Source: Callorhinchus milii (taxonomy: Eukaryota). Taken from it: 64,000 nt of DNA. Both the position numbers and the translations under genes were made by a program. Shown one piece after another: positions 50,758-63,900 of this stretch; the stretch's first letter is position 1, and each line of letters opens with the position of its first letter. The stretch is taken from assembly GCF_018977255.1 (NCBI RefSeq), contig NW_024704748.1:18476001-18540000 (forward strand), written 5' to 3'. The notes under the pieces are model-generated. The model was given only the letters and a program-made list of their open reading frames with translations, did not search any database and was not told the origin of the DNA.

Positions 50758-51804
50758 GTAAGCCATTTATTTCTAGGATTTTCCATATTTCAGTGCACTT
50801 TAGTAATTATGTGCTGTCCATTGAATGCAGACATTTGATCGGAGAAGACATTCAAAAATGCTCCCTAATCTTCTTGCTTAGCTTAGTTGATGTTGTCAAT
50901 AACTGCCATCAAATTATTAGCTGAAAGTACTGCTAGCACTACCAGCTTTTAAATATACATGCTTTGACATGTAATTGCTATGTGTTGATAGTTGTCTCCT
51001 CTTACAAAACAATGCACTTTCTGTTACAAGAATACACACACATTGGTAAGTATAATTCCAGAAGCAAAGTTGATGTGGGTTTCCTGAAAGCACTGTAGTT
51101 GACACATTTGGATGGAAGTAATTGCACTGTGATATTTAGTTTATTTATTTACTTTTCACGTTTTGTAAATTTCAAGTATAACATTCTTAACACAATTTTT
51201 GTGTCAATCCAACCAAGATATTTCTGATTTTCTAGTTTAGTTGCAAAAAATGTGACTGGTGAAAATTGAGTCCAAAGTCTATAGTTGATAAAACCTCAAG
51301 TCATTTCATTGTAAATATTAGTTAATGATTTTGTTTTTAGAATGATGTGCACATTGCTAAATTAGTATATTTATGTTAAGTATGTACTTTTCAAGATTTT
51401 CACGTGATGATTCAAATGCACTGCTCAATGAAATCCCGAGCTCCACCGTCCATAATAATTCCCAAACTCTGTGGCCACATCCTCACCGCCACCCAACCTC
51501 ATCTATAAATCCCTTCATGTGATCATTATCTTCTCACTATTGTTAATATTGTTGAACAATGCATTTGAATGCTGGTTTGATGCAGACATATAAGTGTTAA
51601 TGCCAATATCCTGCAAAACAGCACTCGTAAACAGGCCAGTAACTCCAATGGCACCTGTGGTTGGCTTCAGACCAAAACCACAGCATTAAAGTTGTGTAAG
51701 GACCTTTGTTACAATATGTACGGCAGCTTTTTTAAATAATTACGAAGCAAAATATTTAATGTGGAGAGGGTTTGGGGGAATCAGAGTTTTTGCATTGTTC
51801 ACAG

Positions 51805-51975
51805 GACCGAGCTCCAAATCCAAATGATAGACGAACCAGCACAACCACCTTGACAGTCGATGTACTCGATGGAGACGACCTTGGCCCAATGTTCCTTCCG
51901 TGTAAATTGGTCAATAATACTCGGGATTGCCGTCCCCTCACATACAAGGCCAGCGTGCCTGAGCTCACTGATCCG
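51805..51975 (+). CDS. PCDH15: PCDH15 exon 8 (171 nt): [57 protein letters not shown]
   Basis: tcacag| and |gtaagc flanks; lies within ORF 51772..52017; has the PCDH15-specific DGDDL linker and the EC3 cysteine loop. Confidence 0.97.
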
Positions 51976-53088
51976 GTAAGCGTGCATCGTATCTGCTTGC
52001 ATCACTTAGGTATGTAGAATTATTGTTTGCTGCATGAGAGCATTGTATTACATCCTAGCAAACTGGTTTAAGAATGTTAAGATTGATGAATTGCTGTGGT
52101 TCTGCTTGGTTGCCTAACATTACTTTAATTAATCATTTCTATTACATCTGAGCCATTTCCTATCCTCATACTATAAATTTTAAGCTAATTTTAAGATTTC
52201 ATTTTGTTAAAAAAATTCCACAATTTATGTATGTTTTATCTCTAAGAAAATGTTTAAGTAACCGTGTGCAAATCCCAAAGTAAGCAGAAGGCCATGTTGT
52301 TAGAAGACTTGAATACTGCAGAGTTTCTCAAAGGACAATATTTCAGCATCTGGTCTGCTGTGGAGTTGTGGGTGAACTCAGATCTAAAGCTTGGATGATT
52401 TTCTATAAGACAATGGCACAGGTGATGCTACTGTTGTTCTGAACATTACATGTGGGTTAGCATTGTTGCTTAGGGAAGATTTGGAAGCAAGTATCTGTGA
52501 AGACCTTTAGTCAGATGTATGTATCAAGCGAAAAATGCCTATTGTCTACAGCTTGCCATCTGCTACTAATTCTGTTTGTTTCCTGGGCAGAATTTGATAA
52601 TTTTCCACCAGATTACTAGTTGATTTGGTATTATTAAAAAGACAATTGAATTAGTTTTGAGCATAAATTTCTTACCTCTGCCTGGAATCCTATGTAGTCA
52701 CAATATTCAGAGTTCAAATGTCCTCAGACAATTAATATATTGCTGTATGATTGCTTCACTGTTCTCTTGTTCTGCACAGTTTGGTTCCAGAGGTTTGAAA
52801 TAATTTCACACCAAATCACAATGTGTTAAAGAGTGAAATACTCCCCATGATACACAAGGGTGAAATGATTAAATACGCCCAACAAAATGCCCTCTGCTGA
52901 TGTGCTTTAAAAAATTCACAGTCCATGTTATATTATGAGTTCAATTTCTTAAAAGAAAATCTTCACCAGAATCAATGTTGGGCATTTGAGATATGTGAAA
53001 CTGAAAATATTTTGGTGTCAAAAAAGAGGTTTGTACCAAAGTAAAGGAAAAAAGAATTATATGCTTTTTTTTTTGCATCCTTCTCAAT

Positions 53089-53472
53089 CAACAACAACAG
53101 AATTACATTTGTTGAGCGTCTTTCATGTCGGGAGGACGTCCCAAGGCGCTGGACAGACAGAGTTTTGGACTGAGCTGGGGGTTGGGGTCGGGGAGGGTGG
53201 AGGGCGAGGGAGTGGGGGTGAAGCAGGGAGATTGAAAGCACGGTCAAAGAGGAGAGTCTTGAGATGGGTCATGAAGGAGGCAAGGGAGGGGACGAGGAGG
53301 AGGGACTGCGGGATGGAGTTCCAGAGGGTGGGGGCAGAATGATAGAATGCCAATAGTGGGGCGAGCGAGACGGGGGACGTGATGCAGGCTGGAGCACGCT
53401 GAGCGGAGCGAGCAAGCAGGATGGTAGGGGGTTAGGAGGTCGTAGAGGTAGGGGGAGCAAGATCACGAAGGG
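53089..53472 (-). mobile_element. L2 LINE 3' fragment
   Basis: ORF 53123..53353 reads AFYHSAPTLWNSIPQSLLLVPSLASFMTHLKTLLF; (CAA)n tail. Confidence 0.88.
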
Positions 53473-54309
53473 CTTTTGCTTTGCCAAATTGCTTTGCCAA
53501 ATAGCTATCCAGTTTCCTTTCAGATTTGCTGATAAAATCTACCTGAATTGCCTCCCTGGGTAGTCGATTGCCTACTTCCTGTATTATTATGTCTTCCTTC
53601 ACATAAAAAAGTCAGCCCTTTTATTTTATCCTTTCCATACCTGTGGAGCTTTCTATATCCCTGTAAATGTATCCCCGCATATGCTGTATGATTGTTCAGC
53701 GAAGTCTCTGTGACGCCAGTTATCACAAATGTGGATCTCTGGTTGCTTTTGGATACTTATCTCTGTTTGTGTGACCCGACAGCAGAGATAACAGCATAAC
53801 CGCTGGTTTGATCTTGTGATTAAAAATCTCTGTTTCTCTTCTGGAAAGACAAATGAGCAGAAAGGACGGAGCATTGTTCGATTTCATAGAAGTTTTTTTT
53901 ACTTCAATAGAATTCCAAAAATTAAGATAGTTTTACATCCTTGCACATAACATAGCCACTTTGGGAGGACATCTCAAAGTCTTTCATGGGAGTTACTGCA
54001 AAGTGTAATGACTGTGTATTTTGTAGGTGAATATTTAGAAGAGCTCACAAGAAATAAGTAATGTACTTTGTGGGCTGCTCTTTTGCCAGTTCTCACTTTC
54101 CAGCCATTAGTTCAAATACTCTTAAAGAACAGACACAATATTTTGAACTATCCCATTAACACCCCAGAAAGCAAACACTTCCATAACTTCATTATACCTG
54201 GAATTCAGTTTGCCACGCATTGAATGGTGCATCGTGGTAAAGGTGGAAGTTCCACCTGACACTTTTTCTACTTTATTTTCATCATCCTTTGATGTCTGTG
54301 TATTTTTTG

Positions 54310-54623
54310 TAATAATAATAATCCTTGCATTTGATATAGCGCTTTTCACGTCTTCTAGATGTCTCAAAGCGCTTCACAGAGTATACTGTAAAGTGAATTG
54401 ACTGAATATTTGTGGGCGAAACGCAGCAGCCAATTGCGCACAGCAGTCTCCCACAAAAAGTCGTGGATTGAAGTGACCAATTTATTATTGATTTTTTNCT
54501 TGAGGGATTATTATCAGGCGTATGGAGTAAGGAAACTTGCCCAAGGTTTCACCCTGCCAGGAATCGAACCCGGGTCTCTTGCTTGTGAGGCGAGTGCTCT
54601 AACCACTGAGCTACAGGACTCCA
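54310..54623 (-). mobile_element. tRNA-derived SINE, full length
   Basis: Reverse complement of the 2731 family with intact A/B boxes. Confidence 0.92.
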
Positions 54624-54640
54624 TGATTCACCCTTTGGTG

Positions 54641-55546
54641 TCTGATGTAGATCTTCTCACCATTATGTTATAACTTTCCACAAATTGCCAATTTTAATAT
54701 TAAATTCTTGACATTTGTGTACAATATGTTTTGATATTCCTTTCTCGAACCTTATCCTGACCTATTCTTTTGATACCATAATTTTACTTTAAAGATGTAA
54801 CCCTATTTTCTACCTTTGTACTCGTTGCATCAGTATGTCTGTCGTGGAAAGTAGTTATACTGCACAACTTCAAGGCAGGAATGCAAATGAGATTAAATTA
54901 TTATTGATTACTCTCTCCTTATGCCACTGATTTTCTTTTTGGCTTTGCATGAATAATGTATAATTATCTACAGTTCTTTATGCTGTCTGCTATAATCTGC
55001 TATTATGTGTGTGATTACTGCCAGAATCATTAGGTTTAGAACAGCTTTGCTTTGCGCTTCTGGTGCTAATAAAATTAATATTCAATGTGTTGCAATTATT
55101 CTTAACATGTTTTGTGCATCGTGCTTCCACAGGAGACTTGTGATCCAGTAAGTCGTTTAATAACAAGGATGATTGTGTAAACTTTTTTAATACAATCTTC
55201 GCTGGTTTCCCTGCTGCACCCTCCATTAGCCCCAACTTGGTATTCCCTCAATAATATTGTGATAAATTTACATAGATTTACATAGACTGAACAACACTCC
55301 CAACAGGCCATTCAGGTCCAACTATTCCATGCACGTGTTTGTACTCCACATGAGTCTCCAATCACTCCTTACTCCCTCCTATTCTATTATATCTTCTAAA
55401 ATGATGGTATCAAAGGAACCGGTCAGGATAAGGTTCAGAAATAAGGAATATCTAGAAATGTTGTACACAAATGTCAATAATTTTAATACTAAAATTGGCG
55501 ATTTGTAGGAAAGCTGTAACGTAATGGTGAGGAGATCTATATCAGA
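54641..55546. repeat. Pair of about 155-bp inverted repeats, about 600 bp apart
   Basis: 54641-54796 aligns by eye along its whole length to the reverse complement of 55390-55546. Confidence 0.85.
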
Positions 55547-57589
55547 TGACAGGTGGGTTTTATTTGCCTCCTGAGAGATGACACTTTGTTCTATGGAATC
55601 CATCTCTATCTATCCACTACCTAACTTATCAATTCCTTTCATTATTTGGAATACCTCAATCTCCCCTTACTGTTATCTGCTTTAAGGAATATAACCCCAG
55701 TCCACTCAGCTTCTCATCAAAACTGCAACTTTCTACTTTAAAATTAAAATGGAGCATATATTAAATTGCTGTGGCTAGCAGGCATGGATTTAAAAAAAAA
55801 AACTATTGTGTGATTCATTGGTTTAGTTCAGGCATCACGCTAAGGGAATGGAGAAAGTGATATAGCAACATTAAACACTGGAGGATTATACCATGATCTA
55901 TAAGGTAGAAGGGTATTACAAGGATATTTTCAAATGACAATTTACAAGGCTGAAACACAATCAGGAGCTGCCAATGATGTCACAAGCCCTGAAAGCAATG
56001 TTGGAGTGATTTATAAGTCATCTGAATCAAGCAATTGTGTTTCAACCTAACAGTGTCCTGCCACTGTGGTGTCCATTTATGATTTGCAAGCTTCTGCTTT
56101 GAGATTTAAATTAGTTTTTTTTATCTTACACAAGAGTCGAGTTTTGCTATTTATACTTGTATCCTTCACTGCCCCCTTTCTGTCTTGTAATTTGTGTTTG
56201 GATCTGTCATCGGTATTACAGCTAAAGCAATTTAAATGCACTTAGTGGAACATTAACTTATGAATATGGGGTGAGCTCTGTGATGGTTAGCAGTTCTGAT
56301 GTTTTTGATTAATACATCAAAACTGTTAAGAAACATCACAACTTTCCACAGTCTTGCCTTACATGGTGAAGATTTCCTCTTGCTGACAGGATGTGGGTGC
56401 AGAAACACTTATTCCACTTATTCGATTGTTAACATATAATTTTAACTAAATGAATGATAGTGTGAACATTTAGTTATGTAATTTACCCCTCTATGTGACA
56501 AGCTTTTTAGAGTTGATCACAGTTGGGATGTTAAAAACCTGGAGGAATAATTAGCTGCACAGTTATATCAGTTGTTCCCAGGTAGCTTAAACATCCAATA
56601 TATACTCCAAGTATAAGTGAGCCTGCCATTCTGAATCAATAAAAGGTGTCTTTTATATTTGTCCGTTTGGATAATTGTTTCATTAGATGAAGGCACTGCC
56701 CCTGACGTGCAATTGTCTGCTACCTGTGAAAAAAGTAAATGCAAATTGCATCATAGTGTATATATTCCAAGCACGGAAATATGAAAATCATGTAGGCTTG
56801 ACTTTATAGGTTATTAGTTCCACAACAGCAAATGTGGTGGTGCAAGTACTGACTTTGATTAATGGGAACTTTGACCATTGAAAATGGAAATACGTCAGTT
56901 TAGAAAGATGTACAACAAACATGATGAGCAGTTAAGAGTAGCTTGAAATTAATCATTGATAAAATCAAACCAGTAGATACTACTAGTCCTAGTTGTAAAC
57001 TTGCTATTTTGAATTCACTTAGGTTTGCATTTTAAAGGTTGCACATTGAACAAAACAAGAGAAACCATTGAATAGCAAGAACTGATTTAACAACAACATT
57101 TTGACTGCTTCAGTTCAGGGCTATCATTTAATTTGGTGTCCACAGCTACATTCTGTCACAGTTTGTTTTCTTCTGCTTTGTTTACACTGTGCTTTCCATA
57201 CCAAATAACTCACAAAATACAGTACAAACTAGATTTTAGGTACAGCAATTTCTTCAGAGATCACCTAGAGCAGGTGGCCTTGCTGAGAAATCAATTCACA
57301 CTGTTACAGTGTAATGTAAATGGTGCAAATCGCTTCACTCCCCTTCAGAAAATGGTCCTTTAACTGCTCTTGGAGCTTCTAATGAATTGCTCAAAAACAT
57401 ATGAGGAGCTTGAAGAGCTCTGCAAATGTACTTGGTTGTACATGTTCAGCAATCTCCTCTGCCCAAGGAAGTACAAATTTTGAGCGCAAAATATAAATAC
57501 GTTTTATTCGTGTGGTTTAAAGAGCTTTATTTATTTTGGCCCCAATGCAATATGGAGCTAGAAGGTGCCACATGAGAGATTACAAACTA

Positions 57590-57850
57590 CAATTAAAGTC
57601 TGTGAAATTGAAGGCTATATTGTGACACGGACAAGAAATTGATTGGAAGGTAAGAGGCAGAGAGTTGGGATAAAAAGAAAGTTCTTTTATTGGCAGGCAG
57701 TGAAGTGATGTCTCCCAAGAAGCAATGCTAGTTTTTCACCCAATATATAAATAACCTGAATATAGGAATAGAAGGGAGTATTTCTAAGTTTGCAGATGAC
57801 ACAAAGCTGGGGGGCAATACTAATTATGAAGAGGGTGGCAGAAAATTGCA
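57590..57850 (+). mobile_element. Old CR1 RT fragment
   Basis: Decayed WLEGKRQRVGI and ISKFADDTKLGG motifs. Confidence 0.8.
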
Positions 57851-60368
57851 GTATTCAGGGTTGTAAAGGAAAGGTGTAGAAATGCAATTAAAAGATCTAG
57901 AAACCTGTCAGAACAATCTGATTTTGTATTTGTTTTCAAATATTTATCCTTGCAGTCCGTGTTGAGAACAGTCAAACATTAATTAAAAGTTTAATGTGAG
58001 AAATAAATAAGTTATTTGTTCACATTGCTGGAATTAAAAATAAATAATTGCTGCTTCTCTGATGAAAGTGAAGAAGACATCGCTATCACTTATCAGTAAC
58101 AGAAGTATTTTAATTTCTTTCTTAAAATGTTAACATTGTATTTTATATTACTTTCTCCTAATAACAATTATAATGCTGTAGCACAGTTTTGCAATAAAAA
58201 AAGCAGTCATTCAAGCCTTTTTAATAAAGATGTGCAAAATTCCCAGATTTTGTTTGCATTTCTTGTGGTTTTGATGATATCCACTCAATTATTCCACCCC
58301 TGCTTTTTGTTATTCAGTTTTGCATCCTTATCTCATATACATTCACATACTGACTTACTTGTTTTCTGCAATTGCAACCTAAATTGTTCAGGAATGCCAT
58401 GTATTTTTTGGAAGAAAATATATTGTTCACCGTGAATGTGGCTAGTTTCCGATAACAATGGAACATTTACAGTTAAGGTGGAGAAAACCTGAACATGCAA
58501 CAGTTGAATACATTATCTTGCAAATCTTTTTATTAAAATATTGTTGATCATGAGGTTTATGCATGAACAGGTGTGAGTTTCAAAACTAAAGAATTTGTTG
58601 TTTTAATCTGGAATGTATCTACCTATGTTAACCTATGTTTTGACAAACTAGGGCATGGGTTTGTAAACACACACTGCTTCGTAAGAATATTGAATGTAAT
58701 CTCTCTTCGTATTTGTAAAAGTTTTTCAAGCAACCTAAACTTTCCAATGGTATAGTTTCCAGTTTATCTGAAAGTTGTATCAAAAGATTAAAGATTTAGA
58801 GAACGGTTCCATCACATATTACATTTAGAACCAATGACCCCGTTCTCAGCCCACATTAAGTGCCATACTGGACAAGATCAATAAAAGACCATTTTTGTTT
58901 GCACAGAATAACAGTCATCAGTTCATTGCAAATTAATTTCACAGCGTCATATGAGACCAAGATCAAGGGACTGCTGATTACTATTTTTCTCCCAAGCCGA
59001 GACACCACACGATCTGAATTGTATTATTCTTATTGCTGCCACAGCTGAGATCAACTAATTGAACTGGGATTGAACTGGGATGTTCTGGTCTGGTGAGCTC
59101 AATTCCACACTGGGAATTGCCTTTGTGAACAGTGCTATTGAGATTTTTTTAAATTACATTCTTCTTTAATGGAATACAATGATCTTGGCCATGATATTTT
59201 ATGTAGGAACTGTGAGTTTTCAATTAGAGTTTTCTGAACAAAATTTTGGAATTTCTTCAACGTATCCTGCTGCTACATATTCCATGTTTTTTTTTAAGAA
59301 CCCCTACCTTTGATATGGTTCAATCTGTACAATGTTTCATGTCCAGCATGTAGCATCTTTATTAACAAAATATTGAATGTAAACAGGATTGACCCTATTT
59401 TAATATTTTCCAAATCTTAAATACGTTAAGATAGATGGGGATAAGGATAAGAACAGACGGAAATGATTAAATACTATATTGAACACACCAATTTTCATTT
59501 TGCTGGCACTATCGAAATGTCATCTGTGGGATGCAGTTGGTCAAGGTTGAAAAATACAGATCAATATCATAGAGTTTGATTACCTCTGGGGCTTACATAG
59601 ATATTTCATAAAGTTTTATCCCCTTGGCAATATCACTGCTAGTTATTCACCTCTTTCAGTTGATTAATTAAATTAGAGAGAATATGCGAATTCTAATGTT
59701 CTGTTGGAAGGAAAGAGTATGAGCTTTGAACTTTGATATGAACTTTGCTTATACATCAGTAGCTATACATTGTAAGTTAACTAAGTTTAGCTAACTGGCA
59801 CTACCAATGTAATTTCAGACCAAACTATCCCAAAAGACACATGTTTGGCCTAATTGATATGTTTCACAGGATCCTCTTTGGAAATCAAAACCTAATTAAT
59901 CTATTGCAAAAACCTTTCCAAAGCTAAGATCCAGTCGGTTAGCAAACACCCACAAGCTATTGATACGAGCGAAAAATAACTTTGAGCATGTTCAAATCTA
60001 TTACAAAATCCTTAAACTATAAAAAGAGCAAACATAAGATTAGTGAACCTGCTTTGCCAGAAGAAAAAATGCTAGCAGAAATGTAATTGATCTCCAGGAG
60101 CTTTAATCTATAGCTTCAAATTAACTCCTCTTTTTGTATACTTATCAATACAAATGTCAACTGTATATTCTGCAAAGAATCCCAATACGCATCCAAAGTG
60201 ACACAAAAATCATATCCTGTTTCTCATATATTCTACACACGAAAACAAAAAAAAACATTTTCGGAAGTAACATTCAGCAGAATTTGTTTCACTGCACACG
60301 GTTGCAAATTGCACTGCTTGTTTTGTTCTACGAACATTTGAGATGAATTTACTTCTCTGTTTTTACAG

Positions 60369-60477
60369 GCGAGGATAAATCCAGTGAATGTGACTCCTCC
60401 AATTTTAGCTGTGGACCAGGATAGAAACATTCAGCCAGCGGATGATCGACCAGGGATTCTGTTCTCCATTCTCATTG
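60369..60477 (+). CDS. PCDH15: PCDH15 exon 9 (109 nt): [36 protein letters not shown](G)
   Basis: ttacag| and |gttggt flanks; matches human [34 protein letters not shown]. Confidence 0.95.
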
Positions 60478-60589
60478 GTTGGTAACTGCTAAATACTCTC
60501 CAGTTTGTATTTAGCCAATTGGACTAGAATTTATATGTAAGGACACACTGGACCATAAGTTTTAAGTAGTGAATTAATTATGCTGGTCA

Positions 60590-60690
60590 TCTTTTCCTCT
60601 CGAGCTCCGGCACACTGAACCTAGTGTCCCACTCCTATTGCTGCCATAGCTGAGATCAACTAATTCAGCACAGACCAGGCAGACTGAACC
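60590..60690 (-). mobile_element. LF-SINE-like fragment in the short intron between exons 9 and 10
   Basis: gctgccatagctgagatcaactaattcagcacagacc recurs at about 27520-27555 and 59034-59065, and reversed at about 4905-4950. Confidence 0.5.
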
Positions 60691-60799
60691 TAAGTAAAGC
60701 TACCTAACTAAATGACTTCCCTTTGCTGATGGTAGGGAATGCTATACCAATCATTTTGAAAAAGAAATAGTCGTTCCAAACCATGTCATTTTGTTACAG

Positions 60800-60912
60800 G
60801 GAATCCTGAGGATTATGCCAACTACTTCTTTCTGAATAATACCACAGCAGAACTACATCTCCTTCAGCCAATAAACAGGGATTTGCATCAGAAATTTGAT
60901 TTAGTTATTAAG
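60800..60912 (+). CDS. PCDH15: PCDH15 exon 10 (113 nt): (G)NPEDYANYFFLNNTTAELHLLQPINRDLHQKFDLVIK
   Basis: ttacag| and |gtaagt flanks; matches human GTPEDY...VNRDFHQKFDLVIK. Confidence 0.96.
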
Positions 60913-63900
60913 GTAAGTCCACATGAACATTTTTTGTGGTGGCGGGGATGTTTGCTATTTATTACAATTATATCCAAGAAAGGGAACTGTAATAATGTGC
61001 TACACATTTGTCGATTACATGGCATGTAAAGATTGAAAGCTCAAGGAAAATGAATTGTCTGTTCTATAGAAAGCGGTTGCACCATAATATTGAGGGTTAA
61101 CCATGTTAAATTGATATATTTGCTCTTCTCTTTTTGTTGGAATGTGAAAAAAAATTTAGTAAAGCAATTTTTTCAATGGAATCCTTATTTTTTTAGTCCC
61201 CCCATTGTCTCTCTTTGTCATACTGAGCTTAAAAAGGTGTAAATCTTTTTTTTAAGAGGCAAAGCTGTTTCTTGAACTTTGAAAGCTCAAGGAGCAGTTG
61301 TCAAGACTATAAGAAGACAAAGACACTGAGGGAGTTTAAAGCTAGAAGCAAATTTGCCATATCCTTGTCAGTAGTGTTATACTGAGGCATGGAGTAAAGA
61401 ATGTTTACATGGACATTAATGTGCGTATCTTAGGAGAGAGTTTCACACAGGAGCTAACTACAAATATTCACTGAGTCGAACCAATCTTCTTGGGTCTTTG
61501 GTAGTCTTGGTACTTGGAGCAAAACTTTGGAAGCCTCTTATTTGAGAATTGGCCATCAGTTTTATTTCAAAATAACCATTGTCTGCTGGAGATCAGCATC
61601 ACAGCATCCCCACAGTGGGAACACTTACAAAGCTATTATCCTCCTTTGAAGAATGGAGGCACAGTGATATGGGCAAGGAACCAACGGTGCATGGAATGCC
61701 GATGAAGACATGACTGAACATTAAAATAATGCCTGAAGGAAACATTTGCTGAAAGTAGAAATAATAAATTAAGTTTTAAACATTTTACTGTGCGTATCTT
61801 TTCAAAAATTGGTGCTGATAAAGAAACCATGACAATATATGGCATGCAGCTTTGCAACATTACACCCAATGGTACATTGTTAACAATGGTACATTAGTAG
61901 TATTAATATTTAGACATAGAAATGTAAAAGACTGACTGAATATATCAAATGCTAAATGTTTTCACGAGCTTAAGTTGTGACTTAACTGTCAAGCATATGT
62001 TAATTTCTCGAAATTATTCAAAATTGACTGTATACAGAGCCAAGTTCTATAAGCTTTTGCAATATATTTCTAACAAAACAAACAAATCATTTTAGCAGAT
62101 TATCTTTACTTCACTATATCCATGTCTTCTGGAATTCTCTTCCAAAATCACTTTGCCTCATTGCCTGTTGAATCATGCGTTTGATCAACATGTTTTAAAT
62201 CTCTTATGTTTCTGCTCAGGATCTTCCACTATAGCCATCAAGCATTTTAAGCATTGTTTTATGTGAAAGGCAGTATATAAATCTAAGTTGTTGTTGTAGT
62301 TTTCTTTGAACATGCACCTAACTCAGTGATGAATAAAATGCCTATAAAAATGCAAATCGACATTCTGCAAATTCTTTGTAAATGCATTGAATGCATTACA
62401 CATTAGTTAATTCAATCATTTTATACTGTGATCATCACCAGTATTCCTTGAATTCATGCTGTCACACAAACATACAGGACATTGCGAAGTCTAAAGTGTT
62501 TTAGATTTTTTCTCTTATCATTTGAAACAACACTGTTTGGTATTCCATGTGCCCAACATAGTTGTTGCACAGCAGCTAAGATGAAAATATAGATAGAAAA
62601 GCTGAGCATTCATTTTAGTGAAAACTATACATGGAGCTATTACTTAGCTAATGTTGCAGCAATCAGAAGCAATGTATTCAATTAACTTTTAGCCAGCTGC
62701 TGTTTTAATGCAAGACTAAACAACAAATGCAAGTTTCACTGTCCACCTCATCAGTCATTTTTTTTCAGCTTGTGGTCAGGTCTGTTAGCTCTTCTGACTA
62801 ATCAATAATCTTTTGCTCATTTCCTCTTCAATCATCTCTATCTAATGTAGTCCTTTAAATTTGTCTTTATTCATGGACTTTGGTTAATTTTACCAGGATG
62901 AATTTTTTTTAATCATTCAGTTATCGCTATGATACAAGATGAATAATTTGCCACATGGTTTTGCATTAAATTATATTCTTAGATCTATTATGAGTGATTT
63001 CTGTAACTAGTGTTTGTTTCACTCCACACATGCAATCCGAAGTATGTGTAATTCTATGTAAAAGATAGAGGTGACAGTTGTATTGAATAAATGCTATGGA
63101 TATGTGCATTCTGCCCCTAAGGCGTGCCTTCTGTGATCAATAGAGGTTCAGTCCTGAGCACAGTGCATTTGGTGTTTGCTTTGAATTCATTCATTAACAT
63201 ATTAGTTGAAATCTCATTTTATCTTGACACACTAATTGGACAAAAGAAGTTGAACATGAAATAAAAGTGATAAAATACATAATCTTAGATCTAAGCATAG
63301 TCTCAATTGTTAAGCATCTGCTGTCTAAAGAAAAATTGTATTCGTCACTTTGGTCAATATTCTGTGTTCTCTTTGGTTAATGTATTTCTACCCGCTTATG
63401 TAGTTCTGCATGCTTTCATATTTCTTTGATTTTCGTGACATTCTCAATTTTAGAAAATTACTTTGGAGATATTATATTATATCTCTCTATTACATTTCGA
63501 CCACCATCCGTGCTGCAAAGGAAAGCATAGCAGTCTGTGCTGTGAGCTTCTTCACAGATAACAAATATCTTGTTTCCGTACCACAAGATTGTTCTTGTTG
63601 TCCCTTTATTTTGAATTTGAATTACTGTAGGTCCTAAAAGAACTTGTTTCAAAATTGAATCTGAATTTAAGAATCTGTCAGCGCAAGTCTAAATCCAAGT
63701 GAAATTTCTCCCCAGGAGTAGAGGGCTCTCGTGTTGAAGCTGTTGGGACATTTGACACACAGAACTATATCAGTCTAAGTGAATATTGGTGAATGCTTGC
63801 ATGTCAAAGCTCCATAGCACATCTCCAACAGAGAAATCCTCTGTGGAGCAAGCATGGAAATAGGAATTGTAATGCTTGGTGTGAGGTGAATGCAAATGTT

